From positions 1 through 16,216 of IMG/VR virus record IMGVR_UViG_2778261420_000018: a DNA stretch of 16,216 nucleotides. One strand, 5' to 3'. A program made the translations under genes and the position numbers. Positions 7,485 through 14,209 of the stretch are shown here, piece by piece. The first letter of the stretch is position 1, and every line of letters begins with the position of its first letter. This DNA comes from a virus (lineage: Duplodnaviria; Heunggongvirae; Uroviricota; Caudoviricetes). The notes under the pieces were generated by a model, which saw only the letters and a list, made by a program, of their open reading frames with translations, did no database searches and was not told the DNA's origin.

Positions 7485-7705
7485 GCCACACCTCCCAGAC
7501 GCTTAAACATTTTTCCAGACAGAAATACCGCCAGAGGGTAACTGATGGTGTAGCTACGCCCCTGTAGTTCGCACACGACTTTCTGGCTTTCAGCGTTGAC
7601 TAGGCAAACCCGCAGAACGTGGCCGTTGCTGGTGGCAAACCACTGCCCCACACGGGGGCAACGGTTGTATCGGTGATACAGGGAATTAACGACGCGGCGA
7701 ATCAT
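7481..7705 (-). CDS. Hypothetical small protein (74 aa; MIRRVVNSLYHRYNRCPRVGQWF...)
   Basis: Best start is the ATG at 7705..7703, preceded by GGAGGT with 6-nt spacing and overlapping the upstream stop (ATGA). The ORF-track start at 7720 lacks an SD. Confidence 0.5.
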   Translation of the reverse strand: MIRRVVNSLYHRYNRCPRVGQWFATSNGHVLRVCLVNAESQKVVCELQGRSYTISYPLAVFLSGKMFKRLGGVA

Positions 7706-8064
7706 GGGCGCACCTCCCATTGATTACGACGGAAAACAGTGTGATTCAGGTTGGTCTCAGCCTCATGGAATGCTTCAATGCAGCTCTCGTAGTACCGCAT
7801 TGTGCGCAGACTTAACCCAAGCTGAAGCATCATCAGACCATCAAGGGTGATGTAATAACCACGCAGGGAGTCACCGTAGATGTGATAAGTACCCGGTATG
7901 AAATTGCGGGTAAAAAACTCGCGTGAGCAGTTCAGATACTCGATTTTGTCGACGATGTTCTGGTGCATGCGCTTAAAGTGGCAGGCAACATGCAGGGAGA
8001 AAATAACGGCCTTGCCGTTGACAACTTCAATTTTCAGGTATGGGGAAGTTGGGACTGTAGCCAT
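7702..8064 (-). CDS. Hypothetical protein (120 aa from MATVPTSPYLKIEVV...); the ORF could extend to 8364 (220 aa)
   Basis: Internal ATG at 8064..8062 has a GGAGG SD 8 nt upstream. The upstream 100 codons lie in a GC-rich stretch where three frames are open and the ATG at 8364 has no SD. Confidence 0.5.
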   Translation of the reverse strand: MATVPTSPYLKIEVVNGKAVIFSLHVACHFKRMHQNIVDKIEYLNCSREFFTRNFIPGTYHIYGDSLRGYYITLDGLMMLQLGLSLRTMRYYESCIEAFHEAETNLNHTVFRRNQWEVRP

Positions 8065-8448
8065 GATGGCAGCCTCCGTATGCAATGGATAACTTCCACC
8101 ACCGGAGGTGCAAATCTCGCTGGTGGCGGACTGAACAGGGTTTGCACTACCGGCGCATACGGAAACCGGCGAGCCTTTCGGCTCCCCTGCCCAGCCCACC
8201 ATAATTCTGGCGTGCGCGAGCATGAACGATAAAAAAGACGCTGGCGCGTCATATATCGCCGTATGCAATTCCGGGGTGCAAATCCCGGCACCCGCTTTAT
8301 AAGGTGCCTGAACAGTGTAACGTCCCGAAATTGCAGAATCAATATTTGGTCTTGAAATGATCATATAGCTGCTGATATCTTTAGAACTGTTCTTGGATGT
8401 TTCGGAACCGTTTTATGCGAAACAGCTCCCCGTTATTGATGTTGAGTG

Positions 8449-8474
8449 AGCCGGGTTACTCCCGGCTTTTTTTT
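8449..8474 (+). terminator. Strong plus-strand intrinsic terminator, antisense to the early-right operon, abutting the rha stop codon
   Basis: agccggg (8449-8455) / loop ttact / cccggct (8461-8467), followed by T8 (8467-8474). On the minus strand the hairpin is preceded by A8 and not followed by a U-run, so it is oriented for plus-strand transcripts. Confidence 0.55.
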
Positions 8475-9181
8475 CACCGCTGCCAACCAATAACCTGAAA
8501 TAACCCCATTTTCGGGTGATACCAGCGAGTCCCTCGCGGTTCTGCTTCCTCCATAACCCGATAAAAAGCAGCCATAAACGGTTCCACAGCAACAATTGCG
8601 CGACGTGACAACAATCCGTCCGGCGTCATGAACTCATGGGTGTCTGTAGGAATTTGATAAGCGTTCACCAGATTGCGGCATTTATCATCTGACAAACCGG
8701 TTTTCGCTTTCAGTTGGCGATATCCGGCATAGCCCTCACGAATGGTGCCCTTTTTGATTTGCTCAACTGTTTCGGCAACGTGGCTGACTTTTTCTTCCAC
8801 CTGAGTGATCCGTTTCTGCTGACGAACTGCTTCAAGAGCCATCGCGGCAACCATTTCGATTTCGCTCATTGGCTTACGGATCTGTTCTTCCAGTTCGCGC
8901 CAGCGATCTACCAGGCGAGCAGTGAATTCAGGACAGAGCTGTGCGACGACAATGATGCTGTCGCGCTTACCTTGTTCTCCTTCAAACAGGTAATGCTCAT
9001 ATTGAACTTTAAAACCTAAGTTATTGATTCTTTCGGAAACCTCAATTTGAGGAGACCGGACAACGCCACCTTTGGCTAATGTTTCAATAGTGCGTTTCAC
9101 ATTGTCATGACGTTTACCCACCAGCTCTGCAATTTCAACGCTGGTCATGGATACTTTGCCGTTAAAAATTGCGATGTTCAT
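8474..9181 (-). CDS. rha: Phage regulatory protein Rha (N-terminal Rha domain), 235 aa
   Basis: N-terminal signature SVEIAELVGKRHDNVKRTIETL (Rha-family xxGKRHDNVxR motif); SD AGGAGA 6 nt upstream; start overlaps the cro-like stop (ATGA). Confidence 0.8.
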   Translation of the reverse strand: MNIAIFNGKVSMTSVEIAELVGKRHDNVKRTIETLAKGGVVRSPQIEVSERINNLGFKVQYEHYLFEGEQGKRDSIIVVAQLCPEFTARLVDRWRELEEQIRKPMSEIEMVAAMALEAVRQQKRITQVEEKVSHVAETVEQIKKGTIREGYAGYRQLKAKTGLSDDKCRNLVNAYQIPTDTHEFMTPDGLLSRRAIVAVEPFMAAFYRVMEEAEPRGTRWYHPKMGLFQVIGWQR

Positions 9182-9468
9182 TGTTTATCTCCTGCGTGTA
9201 TTCCATCCGCTCTGTGTGGTGAACTTGGATTTAGGCTTTTGCGTAACAAGTTAGGAATTCCATCTTCAGGGTGAGGATAAAGATCTGGCCTTAAGCCATG
9301 AGGCGTAACCTTCCATGCAACTACTTCACATACTCGTAAAACGAAACGAGCAGGAATTGTGCTTTTTGAAAACCACTGATTCACCGCTTGCGGCGTCACA
9401 CCAAGATTTCGCGCTATGGCATTTTGCGCAATTAATGCACGAAGTTTGTCGTAATCATTTCCTTCCAT
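9178..9468 (-). CDS. Cro-like / YdaS-family HTH regulator (96 aa), first gene of the early-right operon
   Basis: HTH LGVTPQAVNQWFSKSTIP followed by a ...GLRPDLYPHPED segment characteristic of YdaS/Cro-like prophage regulators; divergent from the CI-like repressor. Confidence 0.7.
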   Translation of the reverse strand: MEGNDYDKLRALIAQNAIARNLGVTPQAVNQWFSKSTIPARFVLRVCEVVAWKVTPHGLRPDLYPHPEDGIPNLLRKSLNPSSPHRADGIHAGDKQ

Positions 9469-9601
9469 AACAAAGCACCAATATTAACTTTATAAATCAA
9501 GAATACATCAAGTTTAAATTAACATGCAAGTTACAAAAGGATCGAATACACTAAAATCAAGTAAAGATTTATCCTTGTAAAGAAACCCACAGGATTTGGT
9601 C
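9469..9601. promoter_or_regulatory. Divergent immunity-region control region (PR/PRM-equivalent promoters and operators)
   Basis: 133-bp AT-rich intergenic region between divergent cro-like and cI-like genes; repeated motifs ATCAAG(T) at 9496-9501, 9507-9513 and 9556-9562, and ACATCAAGTT / ACATGCAAGTT. Exact operators not resolvable by eye. Confidence 0.5.
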
Positions 9602-10291
9602 ATGAAGAACGTCAAAAACACGGAAAATCGAATAGCCGCGATGCTGAAAGCAAAAGGATGGACTCAGGCTCAACTGGCCCGCAAGTTAGGTGTGAGTGCG
9701 CAATCAGTGCAGTACTGGACAACAGGAAAAACATTTCCACGGAGTGATAAGCTCGCGCATTTATCAGAGATTAGCGGTTATCCACAATCCTGGTTCTTAG
9801 GTGAAGACTCCTCACCAACCTTTTCCTCGCAAGAGAAACACCAGACAAGAACAGATAGCGTCGTGTTTAATGTCCTTGATGTTGAGTTTAGTTGCGGTGA
9901 TGGAACTCATGTCCGTGGTGACTTGATAGATGTAGTGCGCTCAATAGAACTTGATCCTGAATATGCCCGACGTCTTGTTGGAAATCGGGCATTCAAAAAT
10001 ATAGAAATAGGTAACGCCAGAGGAGACAGTATGGCTCCCACAATCTCACCTGGCGACCTTCTTTTTCTTGATAAGACAGTAACTTATTTTGATGGCGATG
10101 GTATTTATGCATTTTGTTTTGATGGAGAATGCTACGTGAAAAGGCTTCAGAAAATTGGAAGCAAAATCATGGTGTTATCTGATAACCCCAATTATCAACC
10201 ATGGAGCATCGAAAAAGAGGGGTTAGCTCTGCTTTATATCCAGTCTAAAGTGATCTCATCAGTACCATTCAACATAAACAGATTTGGTTAG
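9602..10291 (+). CDS. CI-like prophage repressor with N-terminal HTH and C-terminal S24 (LexA-like) self-cleaving peptidase domain
   Basis: HTH GWTQAQLARKLGVSAQSVQYW; C-terminal GDSMAPTI (Ser nucleophile motif) and YVKRL (Lys). SD AGGA 7 nt before the ATG at 9602; the ORF-track start at 9596 is TTG. Confidence 0.85.
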   Translation: MKNVKNTENRIAAMLKAKGWTQAQLARKLGVSAQSVQYWTTGKTFPRSDKLAHLSEISGYPQSWFLGEDSSPTFSSQEKHQTRTDSVVFNVLDVEFSCGDGTHVRGDLIDVVRSIELDPEYARRLVGNRAFKNIEIGNARGDSMAPTISPGDLLFLDKTVTYFDGDGIYAFCFDGECYVKRLQKIGSKIMVLSDNPNYQPWSIEKEGLALLYIQSKVISSVPFNINRFG

Positions 10292-10302
10292 TCTTTGATT
10301 TT

Positions 10303-10325
10303 AACGGGCTTTGCCCGTTTTTTTT
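10303..10325 (+). terminator. Rho-independent terminator after the cI-like gene
   Basis: aacgggc / ttt / gcccgtt hairpin followed by a T8 run, 12 nt after the stop codon. Confidence 0.7.
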
Positions 10326-10355
10326 CTGCCTGAAATATACGATATCAATTTTTTC

Positions 10356-10384
10356 TTGACAGCCTATTTCCCAAAACATAATAT
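10356..10384 (+). promoter_or_regulatory. Near-consensus sigma70 promoter for the 10438-11138 cassette (TTGACA - 17 bp - TAATAT)
   Basis: TTGACA at 10356-10361, 17-bp spacer, TAATAT at 10379-10384, about 55 nt upstream of the ATG at 10438, directly after the cI terminator. Confidence 0.5.
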
Positions 10385-10437
10385 CGCACCATCAATTATA
10401 ACTTGATTTTATTCAATTTAAAATTGTTGGCGGATAT

Positions 10438-10899
10438 ATGAAGACACTAAAAGCAACTCCAGAAACAACTAATTTTATCAACTGCGGCTGTGTTACGCTT
10501 AAGGGCTTAGAACTTGATTCCTTTGCATTAAATATTGCAAATTTGCTAAGTGCTGTACGCACATTCCATCTTCTGGATTGTGCTCGCTCAAAGGAACTGG
10601 GCATTGAGGTAATGGAATTTATCCATGAATATGCTCTATCTGCTGCTTCTCCTGCACAACAAAAACAATCCTTCCCTGAAAGCTGGCTGGTTAACCTTCG
10701 CACCCAACGCGAAGCCTGCGGCTTAACAACCGCCGAACTCGCCAGGCTGCTCGATCTCGATGAAGAAATTATCATCCAGTGGGAGAGCGGAGAGTATGAA
10801 CCAACTATCAGTATGCTTATCCCACTGGCAAATATTCTTGGCTGCGATGCGATGTGGCTGTTAACTGGCGAAACGGCAGCAAAGGATATCTGCGCATGA
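10438..10899 (+). CDS. Hypothetical protein with C-terminal XRE-family HTH and an N-terminal ~85-aa domain of unknown function (153 aa)
   Basis: C-terminal GLTTAELARLLDLDEEIIIQWESGEYEPTISMLIPLANILGCDAMWLLTG is a classic Cro/C1-type HTH; the N-terminal domain is not recognised. Own promoter; AT-rich (about 37% G+C on a hand-counted line). Confidence 0.7.
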   Translation: MKTLKATPETTNFINCGCVTLKGLELDSFALNIANLLSAVRTFHLLDCARSKELGIEVMEFIHEYALSAASPAQQKQSFPESWLVNLRTQREACGLTTAELARLLDLDEEIIIQWESGEYEPTISMLIPLANILGCDAMWLLTGETAAKDICA

Positions 10900-11138
10900 A
10901 AAACTGTGATGCTTACCATATTTGTCTCATTGGTGAATTGCTTGATTTCATACAAAAAAGCACTGCGCGCAATAATAAAAATATAACATATGGTGATCTG
11001 GTAATAATTTCAGAGGATATAAAGAGCATCGCTCTTAAATTCAAGGGCGACGCGAGTATTGATGACGCTATTTACGCTTATCTTGCGAAAATAATTGACG
11101 GATCCAAAATCCAGCCTCTGGATGAACCTCGTCAGTGA
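10896..11138 (+). CDS. Hypothetical small protein (80 aa; MKNCDAYHICLIGELLDFIQKSTARNNKNITYGDLVIISEDIK...), translationally coupled to the preceding gene
   Basis: ATG at 10896 overlaps the upstream stop (ATGA); AAAGGA lies 9 nt upstream. Its 3' 71 nt overlap a convergent minus-strand ORF with a better SD, so one of the two may not be real. Confidence 0.45.
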   Translation: MKNCDAYHICLIGELLDFIQKSTARNNKNITYGDLVIISEDIKSIALKFKGDASIDDAIYAYLAKIIDGSKIQPLDEPRQ

Positions 11139-11295
11139 AAAACTCCTTTGATGAAGATGTGAACTGCTTCATAAACTTTACTTTATCTTCAGGTGAAACT
11201 ACCTGACGAATTAATGCGGAGATAGCAACTTTGTGCCAAATTAATTCTTTTTTGAGTTCTGAAATCTCTTTTTCGAGTTGCTCTGCGTTAATCAT
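11068..11295 (-). CDS. Hypothetical small charged protein (75 aa), predicted helical/coiled-coil
   Basis: Near-perfect SD GGAGGA 3 nt before the ATG (11295..11293). Convergent with, and overlapping, the 3' end of 10896..11138. Confidence 0.5.
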   Translation of the reverse strand: MINAEQLEKEISELKKELIWHKVAISALIRQVVSPEDKVKFMKQFTSSSKEFFTDEVHPEAGFWIRQLFSQDKRK

Positions 11296-11474
11296 TTATC
11301 CTCCATTGAGAGCTGAATTGAAAATGGGGACCAACACGCGGCTACGTGTGGTCGTGCGCCGGACACGGATAAGCATCCGGTAACTGATTATCAATCATTG
11401 CGGAAACAGTCTCAATATGAAAACACTTCTGAGACTCGCTATATAGCAGGACATATAAGTCAGCTGAGGAAGCC

Positions 11475-11840
11475 ATGAAAAAGTTCGAAAACATAATTGT
11501 TCTCCATGTTGATGACTTTGATTATACAAACCCGGAACTTCTCCCGGAGGTTGTAAAGGCAATAGATGTTGCCGATATAGTGATTAGAGGAAAGAGAATT
11601 GTCAAAAACAGGCTCGCATGCACTTCAGAAGCAATGACAGAAACAACCTCACAGCAAGATAATTACGAAGGCATTTGTCTGGAGCCTGATTCATTTGCGG
11701 TAAATGTTTATCATTTATTGCATGCAACACAGGTATTACATATGTCCAGTAATCACGAAACGAAAACACTCGGCAGCGAAATTCTGAATTTTGCATGTGA
11801 GTATGCAAAAACTGCTGCCGAAAAAGAATTAGCGCAATAA
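11475..11840 (+). CDS. Hypothetical protein (121 aa), first gene of the early-left operon
   Basis: ATG preceded by GAGGAAG; a TATATA -10-like element lies upstream; no recognisable family. Confidence 0.55.
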   Translation: MKKFENIIVLHVDDFDYTNPELLPEVVKAIDVADIVIRGKRIVKNRLACTSEAMTETTSQQDNYEGICLEPDSFAVNVYHLLHATQVLHMSSNHETKTLGSEILNFACEYAKTAAEKELAQ

Positions 11841-11918
11841 CAATAAATATGCCCTGAACGTTTATTGCAGTTTTATCGCCGGGGAATGTTACAATCTTAA
11901 TCCACAGGAGGCTTTATT

Positions 11919-12032
11919 ATGACTTTTATAAAGAATATGGCATCACACAAGACCGCCTGCCTTATTGCACAATACGGTGAAAATTACATGCATATTGCCT
12001 GCTTATTTCTGCGTAAAGCATACGAGAAATAA
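11919..12032 (+). CDS. Small ORF (37 aa; MTFIKNMASHKTACLIAQYGENYMHIACLFLRKAYEK)
   Basis: Not in the ORF track (below 60 aa). AGGAGG SD 7 nt before the ATG at 11919; stop 3 nt before the next gene start. Confidence 0.4.
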   Translation: MTFIKNMASHKTACLIAQYGENYMHIACLFLRKAYEK

Positions 12033-12035
12033 CAA

Positions 12036-12395
12036 ATGACACATGAACCCATTAATACATATCGTCGCCGTATAGCTGTTGCAGCACTCCATCGAATAAA
12101 ACGTAAAACAGGTGGTGATCTGCTTATTGTTGACCTTCCGGATGGGAACATTACGACCATAGAAATAACAGAACAGTTTATAACCCAGTTGCTGTTGCGC
12201 TTTGAAGATATTACCCGTGGTGAATTGGGTCGAGTGGAGGGTGAAACAGAATTCCGAACTGCATACCAGAATGCTATCGGGATTAATCAACATACTGAAT
12301 ACCAGGCTGAAACCGGAAAGTTAATTATAGACAACCTTTTACAAGAGGTTATTGATTACGCGAAAGAAAAATATATCAGCGGAGGAATTAACTGA
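12036..12395 (+). CDS. Hypothetical protein (119 aa)
   Basis: ORF coupled to the downstream gene (ATGA overlap at 12393-12397). Confidence 0.6.
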   Translation: MTHEPINTYRRRIAVAALHRIKRKTGGDLLIVDLPDGNITTIEITEQFITQLLLRFEDITRGELGRVEGETEFRTAYQNAIGINQHTEYQAETGKLIIDNLLQEVIDYAKEKYISGGIN

Positions 12396-12610
12396 TGGCT
12401 AATTTATCCCCTGTATCTGTTGTACACGAAAAAGTGCAGATCGTTATGACAATTGAAAATGGCCAGGTAACAGATGTCTGCAAAGTCCGCGATGGAGAGC
12501 TGATTGCCAGCATGGATACATTCATATGGCTGGCAGAAAGAGCGGGGTATCAGATAACAGCACCTGCTCAGGAGGAAACCAGTGACATTAACAGCAACAC
12601 GAATTCCTGA
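12395..12610 (+). CDS. Hypothetical small acidic protein (71 aa)
   Basis: GGAGG SD 9 nt before the ATG at 12395; overlaps the next gene by 29 nt. Confidence 0.55.
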   Translation: MANLSPVSVVHEKVQIVMTIENGQVTDVCKVRDGELIASMDTFIWLAERAGYQITAPAQEETSDINSNTNS

Positions 12611-12800
12611 GTGGGTCCACCAGCAGGCGTTGCTGGTCCTGCGGCGGTACAGATGCCGACGTATATTCCCGCATCGGATACAGCGCAACGGATATCTCAG
12701 TCTGAAGGTTAACCGTCGCTGGCGGCTGTTATCGAAAGACGACGGCCGGAACTGGGAAGTAATGAGTCATGAACGTTATTCGGGAGAAATAAAGAAATGA
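12582..12800 (+). CDS. Hypothetical small basic protein (72 aa), GTG start; weak RelE/ParE-like C-terminal pattern
   Basis: GGAGG SD 6 nt before the GTG at 12582. C-terminal LKVNRRWRLLSKDDGRNWEVMSHERY loosely resembles the RelE/ParE pattern; unverified. Confidence 0.5.
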   Translation: MTLTATRIPEWVHQQALLVLRRYRCRRIFPHRIQRNGYLSLKVNRRWRLLSKDDGRNWEVMSHERYSGEIKK

Positions 12801-13189
12801 TCGACAACCGCACCGCCAGCGCCATTGACCAGGCATTACAGAAACATGATACACCCATCGGCCCGTTATTTTTTGTAACACGCCACGGAAGAACAAAAAA
12901 ATGCCTCACCCGAAAAACGGCAATTCGTTACCTGGCATTCTTTATGACCACCCGCGCTTTTGAACGTTCAGGATTCCGACAGCGCCATCCTGACAAGCGT
13001 TTTATCTTCAACGGGAATGAGATATGGAAACGAGGAGAATCAACCACAGAGTATACCCGCGCACACCAGCGAACAATCAGACGACTGCGCAGACTCATCG
13101 CCAGGAAACAGTATACAGAAAAATGGTTCAGAAAATATGACACATGGAGCGCCGGATATTACGAACTGATGGCAACAAAACCATTCTGA
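12797..13189 (+). CDS. Hypothetical highly basic protein (130 aa; Arg/Lys-rich, likely nucleic-acid binding)
   Basis: ATGA overlap with the upstream stop; GGAGA 9 nt upstream; many R/K residues (RRLRRLIARKQYTEKWFRKYD). Confidence 0.55.
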   Translation: MIDNRTASAIDQALQKHDTPIGPLFFVTRHGRTKKCLTRKTAIRYLAFFMTTRAFERSGFRQRHPDKRFIFNGNEIWKRGESTTEYTRAHQRTIRRLRRLIARKQYTEKWFRKYDTWSAGYYELMATKPF

Positions 13190-13431
13190 CGTAAACGAAA
13201 TTAACCATGACGCAATTAAATAAGGCAAGCCGAATACATCAGGAGGACCAGGAACATTTATTTCAAAATAGTTATATCACTGGCAATTATCGCATGCATT
13301 TACGGATTAATCGTTTCGGCCCTCATATCAATGAAGGATACGGTAGCAGTGATTTCTGGTTTTGCTCTGGCGTGTCTGACCCCGCCGTGCATTTGTGCCA
13401 TTTATAAGGGGCTTTCTTTCACCAAGGATAA

Positions 13432-13765
13432 ATGATGAAAAAAATTATTTTTTCTTTAGCCATTGTTCTGCCTGCCATTGGCCTTGTCGGTTGTGATCGT
13501 GTTGAGCCTGGTAATGTGGGCATCAAAGTCAACAAACTTGACGACGACAAAGGCGTCGGTGAAGTGGTCGGTGTTGGTCGCTACTGGACAGGCTGATGCG
13601 ATTCGCACAAAAGCCCAGGCTGAAGCCGATGCTATTCGTTTACGCGGTGAAGCTCTGCGTCAGAACCCCGGTGTTGTGGAGCTGGAAGCCATCAATAAAT
13701 GGAACGGCACGCTGCCGCAATACATGACCAGTGGTGCCAATACACCATTTATCCAGGTTAAATAA
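13432..13765 (+). pseudogene. Disrupted lipoprotein gene: lipoprotein signal plus SPFH/band-7-like N-terminus (13432-13596) and SPFH-like C-terminus in a different frame (to 13765); apparent internal deletion with frameshift
   Basis: Frame 1: MMKKIIFSLAIVLPAIGLVGC (lipobox) DRVEPGNVGIKVNKLDDDKGVGEVVGVGRYWTG, then stop at 13594-13596. Frame 2 continues ...QADAIRTKAQAEADAIRLRGEALRQNPGVVELEAINKWNGTLPQYM..., which looks like the C-terminus of band-7/SPFH proteins. Together about 110 aa, whereas intact SPFH proteins are typically about 250-300 aa. Confidence 0.45.
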
Positions 13766-13806
13766 CTTAATATGCCCGGCAGACCGTCGGGCTAAGGGAA
13801 AAGCAG

Positions 13807-14178
13807 ATGAACACTCATAATACTCAACCGCAAATAATGAACTATGACCCAAATCTGACGTCATGCGGACGCATGGCAAAACAAACCGTTCGATTAACTT
13901 TCGGGCTATGGGAATACCGCGAAACATTCGAAGTCACTGTCGGTGGCAACCTGACCGGACTCGATGTTATCAGTTGCGCTATTGAAAGCCTGTACGCAAC
14001 GCTGCCTTATGAAGAAGTCGAGGATGAGCGTACAGGGGAAACAGATATCATGGCCACCATTAATATTGGCGAACTGATATGCCAGGATGAAGACCTGTCC
14101 GGAGAGCTCTGGCTTGCCGGGATGCTTATCTCAGCAGAAATTATCAGTATTGAACCCGCTACAAACATACGGCTCTGA
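13807..14178 (+). CDS. Hypothetical strongly acidic protein (123 aa)
   Basis: AAGGGA SD; D/E-rich sequence (YEEVEDERTGETD, QDEDLSGELW). Confidence 0.6.
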   Translation: MNTHNTQPQIMNYDPNLTSCGRMAKQTVRLTFGLWEYRETFEVTVGGNLTGLDVISCAIESLYATLPYEEVEDERTGETDIMATINIGELICQDEDLSGELWLAGMLISAEIISIEPATNIRL

Positions 14179-14209
14179 AGTTCTCGCTATTCAGAGAGCA
14201 GGAGAAAAA

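Noticed and set aside
7898-8342. ORFs 7898..8092 +, 7963..8232 + and 8034..8342 - in the GC-rich stretch downstream of rha
   Set aside because: Low-complexity Arg/Gly/Pro-rich translations without SDs, open in several frames at once, which is the signature of GC-rich non-coding or alternatively framed sequence. The region is kept as a finding instead.
8413-9019. ORFs 8413..8595 (-) and 8714..9019 (+) overlapping rha
   Set aside because: Shadow ORFs; the Rha frame carries the family signature.
10413-10955. 180-aa minus-strand ORF antisense to the HTH cassette
   Set aside because: Ser-rich low-complexity translation with no SD, whereas the plus-strand frame encodes a textbook XRE HTH with a promoter and SD.
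13207-13407. 66-aa plus-strand ORF (MTQLNKASRIHQ...) as a real gene
   Set aside because: No SD before its ATG, and the strong AGGAGG inside it is positioned to serve the overlapping hydrophobic frame; left unresolved and reported as a finding.
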